Shown in pieces: positions 4,466 through 10,481 of a DNA stretch of 12,202 nt (positions within the stretch are counted from its first letter, which is position 1; each line of letters starts with the position of its first letter). The position numbers were made by a program, and so were the translations under genes. This stretch comes from a virus, in IMG/VR virus record IMGVR_UViG_3300036828_000401, one strand, 5' to 3'. The notes beneath the pieces were generated by a model, which was not told the DNA's origin, did not search any database, and saw only the letters and a list, made by a program, of their open reading frames with translations.

Positions 4466-5041
4466 TTGACCATCACCGAAGCGCTCGCAGAGATAAAGAC
4501 CATCGCTAAACGCATCGCGACCAAGCGTGAGTTCGTAGCCGGCTATCTGCTGCGCCATGAGGAAATCAGAGACCCGTTGGAAAAGGATGGTGGGTCCACG
4601 GAGCAACTACGCAGGGAGCGCCAAGCGATTGCAGATCTGGAGGAGCGGGTGATTGCCATTCGGGCGGCGATAGCCAACAGCAACGCCAACACCAAGATCA
4701 CGGTGGGTGGTATCACCCGGTCGGTCACTGAGTGGCTGGCGTGGCGCAAAGAGGTGGCCCCAGGTGCCGGGGTATTTCTCACCCAGCTTCGCAATCGCAT
4801 CGACCAAGTCCGTCAGGCTCAGGCCCGTGGTCAAGTCCCCAGAACCGTTGGTCCGGAACTGGCGGCCTTGTCGGTGCGTGCTACTGCGCGCTCGGGCAAT
4901 GAACGCGAGAAGCCCCCGGAGATCATCATCAATATAGATGAGAAGGCGCTATCTACTGAGAGCGAGAAGCACGAGGAGATCCTCGGCCAGCTCGATGGGC
5001 AACTGTCACTGAAGAACGCCACCACGGAAATCAGGATCTAG
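4466..5041 (+). CDS. Coiled-coil protein resembling the DIP1984 (septicolysin-like) family, 191 aa
   Basis: Track ORF with a TTG start. GGGGAGA at 4454-4460 lies 5 nt upstream. Three segments parallel the DIP1984-family pattern as I recall it: the N-terminus ITEALAEIKTIAKRI, the central IANSNANTKITVGG.TRSVTEWLAWRKEV, and the C-terminus IIINIDEKAL..LDGQLSLKNATTEI. This is not verified by search. Confidence 0.75.
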   Translation: MTITEALAEIKTIAKRIATKREFVAGYLLRHEEIRDPLEKDGGSTEQLRRERQAIADLEERVIAIRAAIANSNANTKITVGGITRSVTEWLAWRKEVAPGAGVFLTQLRNRIDQVRQAQARGQVPRTVGPELAALSVRATARSGNEREKPPEIIINIDEKALSTESEKHEEILGQLDGQLSLKNATTEIRI

Positions 5042-5046
5042 GTGAG

Positions 5047-5241
5047 ATGGATAACCAGCCTCACGTCGGAGTGTGTGTCTGCGGTTCCTACACCATGCTC
5101 TTTAGTTTTTGGTATCCCCCCGAAGTGGTAACTCCCAATGTTCAGTGGTACTGCCGCTGCTGTTGGGACTTGGCGGAGAGGCTGGATAAAAATCAATTGA
5201 CCCCTGAACAGGTTGCGAGACTCCGACGTGTACGGTCGTGA
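5047..5241 (+). CDS. Small Cys-rich protein, 64 aa
   Basis: Track ORF. AGGTGAG precedes the ATG. It contains CVC and CRCC clusters. Confidence 0.65.
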   Translation: MDNQPHVGVCVCGSYTMLFSFWYPPEVVTPNVQWYCRCCWDLAERLDKNQLTPEQVARLRRVRS

Positions 5242-5342
5242 CAGCGCTGCAAACGGTCAGAGTGATCAGCCTTGTGATCCTCGTGTTGGTGATACTCGCG
5301 ACGGTGGGGATCGCGGTGGACTATCTGGTGACCGTTCTATGA
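5238..5342 (+). CDS. Micro-ORF, 34 aa transmembrane peptide (VTALQTVRVISLVILVLVILATVGIAVDYLVTVL)
   Basis: Not in the track. Its GTG at 5238 overlaps the upstream stop as GTGA. Its own TGA (5340-5342) overlaps the next ATG (5339) as ATGA. It has a strongly hydrophobic core. Confidence 0.5.
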   Translation: MTALQTVRVISLVILVLVILATVGIAVDYLVTVL

Positions 5343-5545
5343 CCGCACCAACGCCACGAGCGCAAAGGGCAAGGCTCTTCCGGGCGTTTGTCGCGGGGTG
5401 GAACGCCGCGCGGGGACTGCACCCCGACAATCGTAATACCGGAGAACTGATGCAGCAGGCGTGGCGCTTGTTCGAAACAGAGGGAAAGATACTCAAACCA
5501 AAAAAGGCTTTGGCAATTTCAACAGCGAAACGGGAGAAACGGTGA
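5339..5545 (+). CDS. Hypothetical protein, 68 aa
   Basis: Track ORF 5213..5545 (TTG start), trimmed to the internal ATG 5339 (MTAPTPRAQRARLF..), which is ATGA-coupled to the 34-aa ORF. The N-terminal 42 codons of the track ORF are low-complexity (D/G/R). Confidence 0.6.
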   Translation: MTAPTPRAQRARLFRAFVAGWNAARGLHPDNRNTGELMQQAWRLFETEGKILKPKKALAISTAKREKR

Positions 5546-6009
5546 ACGGGCGCAAGCCCACAGGCCACTAGAAGTGGCTCCAATGCCTAGCAAAGGCACC
5601 GTCATGGTAAGGCGGTATGGGTGCGATTCCCATGCAAGAACTTAACGCTGAAAGCTCAGGGCTGAAACTTTAAGATTCTAAAAGCTCAAAGCCGAAAGTG
5701 GATAAGCTGAACAAAATCCGGTGTTCCATCTGGCCCGCCATCGAAGGGTGGTGGGCGGCGCACTCACCAGCGCTATCTCGGGAAACCGGCTGCGGTCTGG
5801 AACTGCCAAATCTAACGTTGAATGCCCTTGCCCCGATCAAAGCCTGTAACTTTAGGTACAGGCGCTAGCTTCTCCAACCGTTACAGCGGTGGCTGCACTT
5901 AAAGGCAAGGATGAGGTGCAGCATAAGGAACGACACGATGGATCAGACCGTAGAAAATAACGGAGCGTCGTAATCACCATTCAACGCGCGTTTAGCGGGG
6001 AGCGCCAAT

Positions 6010-6159
6010 ATGTTGTCAATGCAGGCCGAAGAAATGCTGGAACAGATGCAGATCGCCCAGAACCGTATCCTTGGGATACTGGCCGTGGGTTTTGTAAGCG
6101 GTTTCATAATGGGTCTACTGGCTGCTTGGATTCTCGTCCGGTCGGCGACTATGAGATAG
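6010..6159 (+). CDS. Micro-ORF, 49 aa membrane peptide (MLSMQAEEMLEQMQIAQNRILGILAVGFVSGFIMGLLAAWILVRSATMR)
   Basis: Not in the track. GGGGAG lies about 7 nt upstream of ATG 6010. It has one clear transmembrane helix. It ends 8 nt before the next start. Confidence 0.5.
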   Translation: MLSMQAEEMLEQMQIAQNRILGILAVGFVSGFIMGLLAAWILVRSATMR

Positions 6160-6167
6160 GGGGAACC

Positions 6168-6341
6168 ATGACTGTCGGAGAACAGTTGCTGGAGATGCGC
6201 AACCAACTGATTCAAATTCAAGCTGAGCTTGATGAGATACTGCGCCGCATTCCTGAACCTCGCTGCCGGATGTGCGGTATGGGTTTGGGTTTTCACAACC
6301 GCGCTACCATGCCCGACCTCGACCACGAGTTTGTTGCGTGA
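6168..6341 (+). CDS. Hypothetical protein, 57 aa
   Basis: Track ORF 6126..6341, trimmed to ATG 6168 behind GGGGGAACC. It has a coiled N-terminus and a CRMC motif. Confidence 0.6.
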   Translation: MTVGEQLLEMRNQLIQIQAELDEILRRIPEPRCRMCGMGLGFHNRATMPDLDHEFVA

Positions 6342-6556
6342 TGAACTTCATGGAAAGACTGGTGGCGGGGGACGTGTATGCTGACGATATTGATGACTGG
6401 GTGGACAACTGGCATCTCATTGAGAAGTCGGTACCTGCTCAGGTATGCCAGCCGCTGCACGAGTTCCTTGGTATGACCACTGAGGAGTACGCGCGCTGGG
6501 TGACCAACCCCGACGTTCTGCAACAGATCGCGAGAGAACGGAACATGCGCTCGTAG
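6341..6556 (+). CDS. Hypothetical protein, 71 aa
   Basis: Track ORF 6272..6556, trimmed to ATG 6341, which overlaps the upstream stop as TGATG. Its last 10 nt overlap the tRNA. Confidence 0.65.
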   Translation: MNFMERLVAGDVYADDIDDWVDNWHLIEKSVPAQVCQPLHEFLGMTTEEYARWVTNPDVLQQIARERNMRS

Positions 6557-6617
6557 CCTAGTGGTTAGGCGACGGCTTTCCGCGCCGTTAACGAAGGTTC
6601 GATTCCTTCCGGGCGCT
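6547..6617 (+). tRNA. tRNA-Gly (anticodon UCC), 71 nt, no encoded CCA
   Basis: Hand-folded. Acceptor GCGCTCG/CGGGCGC has one G-U pair. U8 is present. D arm is GCCT-AGTGGTT-AGGC. Anticodon arm is ACGGC-TTTCCGC-GCCGT. The variable loop is 4 nt. T arm is GAAGG-TTCGATT-CCTTC. The discriminator is T. G1:C72, C2:G71, G3:C70, U73 and C35/C36 fit the bacterial Gly identity elements. Confidence 0.85.
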
Positions 6618-6639
6618 TAAAGATTTAGGAGGTAGGCAA

Positions 6640-6870
6640 ATGGGAGTAATGAGAAAACTCAATCGGTTTGGCGACACGGAAGTTCAGTGGACCCCCACTG
6701 ATAAGGAGTCAGTGCGCAGAGCGCGGCTGGTCTTTGATAACCATGTGACTGTCGAACGCGGGATGGCTTTTGAGGTGCTTGCAGACCCGCGTGAGCCTGC
6801 GGAGGTAATTCGCAAGTTCAACCCGGACGCCAAGGAGATCGTGCTGGCGCCGCGTATGGTCGGGGGATGA
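6640..6870 (+). CDS. Hypothetical protein, 76 aa
   Basis: Track ORF. A strong SD, AGGAGGT, lies 6 nt upstream of the ATG. Confidence 0.8.
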   Translation: MGVMRKLNRFGDTEVQWTPTDKESVRRARLVFDNHVTVERGMAFEVLADPREPAEVIRKFNPDAKEIVLAPRMVGG

Positions 6871-7490
6871 TCCCCGGTCGGAGGGCGCGGCTGCGACTTG
6901 CAGATCGTGCGAGGGTGCAACGAAGGCTGGATTATTGGCGGGCGATGGGAACAGCAAATGTTGTTGTCTACGAGTGGCTAGGGGCGCAGCAACAGGGGAT
7001 TGTCGCCGGGGGCTGCTATCAGCCGGGGCTGGGGAACGTTAACGATGCCGCGCAACAGATGGCATATCAACAGGCGCGACTTGGGTACGCTGATTTTGCA
7101 GCGCAGCAGGCGCAGTACGATGTGATGGCGAGTGCGGCGCAGTTCGAGGAAATGCAAGGGATAAATAAACATCGTGCGCAGGCGCTACATGCGGCTGATG
7201 AGTTGTTACGCTCGCACCTGACTGAGGAACAGCGTCGGGACTTGGAGACTTTCGGTTGGTTCGAGGTTCAGGGTAAGTGGCGCCGCCCCTTGCACAGGTC
7301 AACGTGGCATAGGTTTCGGATTTACTCCGGTGGTTCGATTCGCGAGGTAAAGCGCAGTGGTGGGATAAAGGACTTCTGTATCATCGCTCTGGAAACCCTT
7401 CCCTCTGCGGACGTGATGCTAACGCTGAAGCTATTGGTAGAGAGCGATCTGAACCGGTTCTATAAGACGGCGCGTCCACTGTCGTCTTAG
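6867..7490 (+). CDS. Hypothetical protein, 207 aa
   Basis: Track ORF. It is ATGA-coupled to the upstream gene. It has a Q/A-rich central segment. I have seen C-terminal segments like LTEEQRRDLETFGWFEVQG...YRI...FCI...LPxxDVML..KLL in uncharacterised bacterial and phage proteins. Confidence 0.8.
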   Translation: MIPGRRARLRLADRARVQRRLDYWRAMGTANVVVYEWLGAQQQGIVAGGCYQPGLGNVNDAAQQMAYQQARLGYADFAAQQAQYDVMASAAQFEEMQGINKHRAQALHAADELLRSHLTEEQRRDLETFGWFEVQGKWRRPLHRSTWHRFRIYSGGSIREVKRSGGIKDFCIIALETLPSADVMLTLKLLVESDLNRFYKTARPLSS

Positions 7491-7567
7491 TAATGGGAGT
7501 CATATTGGTGTAATGGTTGTGCGGTAACTTAACTAACCAACCGTGTGTGGTCTGTGGAGGAAAGTAG

Positions 7568-8182
7568 ATGGATGCATTCTTCGCGATGATCGTTCCGATG
7601 GCACCGCCATCGGGTCCACCCTCAGTGCCGCCTTGGTGGCCGGGACATCCAGAGCACCCGATCCCACCGGGGATATGGCCGACGCCGCCCGGAAGTGCTG
7701 GACCACCGGGGTATCCCTCGCACCCGATCTATCTGCCGGGGCACCCAGCACACCCCATTCCACCTACTGTGTGGCCGGAACCCCCGACTGGAGCGCCACC
7801 GGGGTATTGGGGTGGTGCCCCTATTCCTTGGCCCACCCCGCCGATTTACTATCCCCCGGTTTATCCGATGCCACCGATTGCTTATCCGCCGTGGTATCCC
7901 GGTGCTCCAACGCATCCAATCCCACCGGGAGTTTGGCCGAATCCACCTGTGGCAGGTGGCCCGCCACTGGGGACTTGGGGTGGAGATGCTCCGTGGCCGG
8001 GGTATGCCACGCCACCGATAGTGATACCGCCTGATGCTCTGCCACCGGGGATTACCGTGCCAGAAGGCAAAGCGTTAGTCGTCGTCTATATTCCGGGGGC
8101 AGGGTACAAGGCGGTTTTCATCCCGATACCCGGACCTCCAGGCAACATGCCGCCAGCTACCCAGCCGGTAGCTAAGAGCTAG
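7568..8182 (+). CDS. Pro/Trp-rich repeat protein, 204 aa
   Basis: Track ORF. GGAGGAAAG precedes the ATG. It is the longest of three open plus-strand frames and ends 5 nt before the HNH start. There are three copies of PG(H/A)PxHPIPP(G/T)(I/V)WPxPP at nt 7640-7690, 7736-7786 and 7898-7948. Pro codons vary between copies. Confidence 0.75.
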   Translation: MDAFFAMIVPMAPPSGPPSVPPWWPGHPEHPIPPGIWPTPPGSAGPPGYPSHPIYLPGHPAHPIPPTVWPEPPTGAPPGYWGGAPIPWPTPPIYYPPVYPMPPIAYPPWYPGAPTHPIPPGVWPNPPVAGGPPLGTWGGDAPWPGYATPPIVIPPDALPPGITVPEGKALVVVYIPGAGYKAVFIPIPGPPGNMPPATQPVAKS

Positions 8183-8187
8183 ATCAG

Positions 8188-8631
8188 GTGAGCGAAACCG
8201 GCGATCCACGCATCCCGCAGCGCGTTTGGCGGAAGATTACCGTCACGCCTGCGGGGTGCTGGCAGTGGGACGGACGTCTTGAGCCAACTGGCTACGCACG
8301 GGTGAGGGTGGGTAAACGAATGTGTTTACTTCACCGCTGGGTCTATACCACCCTCGTCGGTCCAATTCCTGATGGGCTGGAGTGCGACCACCTCTGTCGC
8401 AATCGAGCGTGCGGCAACCCCAGCCATATTGAGCCAGTGACGCGCCGGGAGAATCTACGACGCGGCTACAATACCAACGCTGCTAAGACCGCGTGTCCAC
8501 AGGGACATCCGTACACACCTGAGAACACGATGCTTACCCGTGGATTCCGATACTGTAAGCAGTGCAACAGGGCGGGAGTGCGAGCAGCGTGGCGGCGCCG
8601 AAAGAACATGACGCTGGATCAGGTGGGCTAA
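8188..8631 (+). CDS. HNH endonuclease, 147 aa
   Basis: Track ORF with a GTG start. GCWQWDG..GYARV....LLHRWVY...GPIPDGLECDHLCRNRACGNPSHIEPVTRRENLRR is the classic phage HNH signature. A further Cys pair (CKQC) follows. Confidence 0.9.
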   Translation: MSETGDPRIPQRVWRKITVTPAGCWQWDGRLEPTGYARVRVGKRMCLLHRWVYTTLVGPIPDGLECDHLCRNRACGNPSHIEPVTRRENLRRGYNTNAAKTACPQGHPYTPENTMLTRGFRYCKQCNRAGVRAAWRRRKNMTLDQVG

Positions 8632-8675
8632 AAGTTATAGCGTTGGGGTGCTCAAATTTCTTCTCCTTAGTCAAC

Positions 8676-8715
8676 GAGGGTCAGCCGCAGCTCACGGCTG
8701 GCCCTCACTCTTTGT
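8676..8715 (+). terminator. Candidate intrinsic terminator after the HNH gene
   Basis: A 12-bp stem joins GAGGGTCAGCCG (8676-8687) to CGGCTGGCCCTC (8695-8706) with one G-U pair and a 7-nt loop. The tail ACTCTTTGT is only moderately T-rich. Confidence 0.45.
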
Positions 8716-8717
8716 AG

Positions 8718-8888
8718 ATGTTTGACTTCAACATTCGTAGGGTGATTCGGTTTCAACGCCTCGCGTATTACGGCTTTATCTGGCTGGTCGAGTTCAACGA
8801 TTCTCAACTGGTGCTCGCAGTCGATGACACGTACACGGAGGACGGCAACTACGTCCTGAAGGTGCTGAGTGAAGCGGGGTCCACATAA
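8718..8888 (+). CDS. Possible small ORF, 56 aa
   Basis: Not in the track. ATG 8718 begins MFDFNIRRVIRFQRLAYYGFIWLVEFNDSQLVLAVDDTYTEDGNYVLKVLSEAGST. It fills an otherwise empty gap, but no SD is visible and it overlaps the next start by 20 nt. Confidence 0.3.
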   Translation: MFDFNIRRVIRFQRLAYYGFIWLVEFNDSQLVLAVDDTYTEDGNYVLKVLSEAGST

Positions 8889-9216
8889 CGGGCGCTATAT
8901 CCTCGATGGCAAGATTCCGGTGCCGTGCGAAGACTTGTTGGAGTGGGGGCGTTGGATGGAGGGCCACGACGGGAGGCGCATAGTTAGGCAGGAAGAGGTC
9001 GGTCATTTCTTTGTGAGCACCGTGTTCTTGGGCCTCGACCATAGCTGGCTGGACGACACGCCACCTGCGCTGTTTGAAACGATGGTGTTCCACTACGACA
9101 AAAACGACCACCGTCTCAGCGCCGACGACGCGCCGCAGATTCGGACCCCCACGTGGGAGACGGCGCTTGAGGCACACGCAGAGGCGGTAGTGTGGGCACG
9201 GGAGCGGCTGTCGTGA
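8869..9216 (+). CDS. Hypothetical phage protein, 115 aa
   Basis: Track ORF with a GTG start and GAAGGTG upstream. The core VSTVFLGLDH....PP.LFETMVF recurs in many uncharacterised phage proteins as I recall. Confidence 0.7.
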   Translation: MKRGPHNGRYILDGKIPVPCEDLLEWGRWMEGHDGRRIVRQEEVGHFFVSTVFLGLDHSWLDDTPPALFETMVFHYDKNDHRLSADDAPQIRTPTWETALEAHAEAVVWARERLS

Positions 9217-9392
9217 CGCGGTGGGCGGACCTTGCGGTGGTGGCGGCGATTGTCTCACCGTGGCTTGGGATGATCATATTGGTCGTGATATTAAGCCGCC
9301 ATGCGGAACGCCTGCGTGTTGTGGAGCGCGAGGTACTGGCAATGAGGGACGTGCTTGGTGGGTTGGTGGATGACCTTGGGTGGAAAAAGTGA
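9213..9392 (+). CDS. Small membrane protein, 59 aa
   Basis: Track ORF 9192..9392, trimmed to GTG 9213, which overlaps the upstream stop as GTGA. It has one transmembrane helix (LAVVAAIVSPWLGMIILVVIL) and a charged C-terminal helix. Confidence 0.6.
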   Translation: MTRWADLAVVAAIVSPWLGMIILVVILSRHAERLRVVEREVLAMRDVLGGLVDDLGWKK

Positions 9393-9850
9393 ATAGGTTG
9401 CTCATCGACTTTCGAGTGATTCCCCATCGCAAGCAGCGCTACGACACTTGCGGAGATTGGTTTCGGGCCGATGGTCATTGGTTCTTCCGCGTCTCCAAGC
9501 TGAAGAAACAATACGTGGCACTGGTCTTCCTCCACGAGATCATCGAGTTCGTGCTCTGCCGCCTAGACCACATCAAGGTCAAGGAAATCGATCGGTTCGA
9601 CCGGATCTACGAGGCTACCCGTCACAAGGACTTGGCGCCGTGTGGTTGCGCGCATCTGGAAGAACCGGGTGATGACATCCACGCGCCCTATCATCACCAG
9701 CACAGTACGGCCTCCCGCTGCGAGCGATTGATCGCTGAAGCGCTTGGGGTAGATTGGCAGAAGTACACCGATGAAGTTGAATCCCTCGACCATAAGAATG
9801 GGGCTGGACGACATCAAAAGGCAGCTCAAGAAACTGCGGGAGATGCGTAA
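9389..9850 (+). CDS. Hypothetical protein, 153 aa (HExxE motif)
   Basis: Track ORF 9380..9850. I prefer GTG 9389 (GTGA overlap with the upstream stop), but 9380 is equally possible. It contains YDTCGDW and FLHEIIEFVLC motifs. Confidence 0.7.
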   Translation: MNRLLIDFRVIPHRKQRYDTCGDWFRADGHWFFRVSKLKKQYVALVFLHEIIEFVLCRLDHIKVKEIDRFDRIYEATRHKDLAPCGCAHLEEPGDDIHAPYHHQHSTASRCERLIAEALGVDWQKYTDEVESLDHKNGAGRHQKAAQETAGDA

Positions 9851-9980
9851 TGCGAGAGCCAAGCGATCCCTTCAAAAAGATCAAACCGATACGCGCAGCA
9901 AAACGCGGGGTAGGAAAAGTCTTCAAGCCCCCAAGGATGCCAAAGCCCCCAAAACCAAAACTGTCGTTCTAGTCAAGTAA
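9771..9980 (+). CDS. Lys/Arg-rich small protein, 69 aa (or 60 aa from ATG 9798)
   Basis: Track ORF. It ends TAAATG against the next start. It overlaps the upstream ORF by 80 nt in another frame. No SD is visible before either ATG. Confidence 0.45.
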   Translation: MKLNPSTIRMGLDDIKRQLKKLREMRNARAKRSLQKDQTDTRSKTRGRKSLQAPKDAKAPKTKTVVLVK

Positions 9981-10481
9981 ATGGGCATCAGGCATTGCCC
10001 CATCTGTTCGCACGGTTCTCGGAGTGCGATCGAGAAGAAGCTGCGCGAAGGCGCTTCGCTGTCCCTGCTCGCGCAAAGCTACGGGGTGACCGATGAAGTA
10101 CTCCGTCAGCACCGCGATGCTCATCTCAACGCGGTAGTCTCGGCCAATAACATCGCCATCACGCCGTCCAAGATGGATGCGGCGGCGATGTTCCTCGAAC
10201 ACGACGAGTGCATTCGCGAGTGCAAGGATCTAATTGATTGGTCCCGCGCCAACACCCATGTGCATGGATGGTCGTCGGGGATTCGCCTGTGGCTGACGGC
10301 CATGCACCAGCAGAATCAGCTCTTGGGTCTATACGAACAGGTAGACCCACGACTCGCACAGCATCGTAATCGGCAGCTCATTGACGTGGTGTCCCGCGCG
10401 TTGGAGAAGTTCCCCGACGCACAGCGCGAGGTGCTGGCGGCTATCGACCAGGTGGAAGAGGATGGCGAGCCAACTACGTGA
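9981..10481 (+). CDS. Putative terminase small subunit, 166 aa
   Basis: Track ORF. It lies immediately upstream of the large terminase and overlaps it by 20 nt. The N-terminus has CPIC plus an HTH-like segment (LSLLAQSYGVTDEVLRQHR). The assignment rests on position and architecture only. Confidence 0.55.
   Translation: MGIRHCPICSHGSRSAIEKKLREGASLSLLAQSYGVTDEVLRQHRDAHLNAVVSANNIAITPSKMDAAAMFLEHDECIRECKDLIDWSRANTHVHGWSSGIRLWLTAMHQQNQLLGLYEQVDPRLAQHRNRQLIDVVSRALEKFPDAQREVLAAIDQVEEDGEPTT

Noticed and set aside
4406-5583. Track ORFs 4406..4606, 4543..4800, 4607..4834, 4707..4937, 4831..5025 and 5266..5583
   Set aside because: They are alternative-frame or antisense shadows inside GC-rich genes that have clear family-like motifs or coupling signals.
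5617-5640. tRNA-like T-arm (ATGGG-TGCGATT-CCCAT) followed by GCAAGAA
   Set aside because: No complementary 5' acceptor strand (TTCTTGC) or D/anticodon arms can be placed upstream, and the loop has G at position 55. It is not a tRNA and is at most a fragment.
5943-6326. Minus-strand ORF, 127 aa
   Set aside because: It is antisense to three SD-led, tightly spaced plus-strand genes (6010, 6168, 6341), and no RBS is visible.
7543-8070. Five extra open frames over the Pro-rich gene (7543..8034, 7695..8021, 7622..7915, 7821..8045, 7882..8070)
   Set aside because: CCN/GGN-rich sequence leaves all frames open. Only 7568..8182 has a strong SD, repeat structure with synonymous variation, and tidy junctions with its neighbours.
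8794-9535. Minus-strand ORFs 8794..9258 and 9116..9535
   Set aside because: They are antisense to coupled plus-strand genes and have a P/R/T-rich, low-complexity composition.
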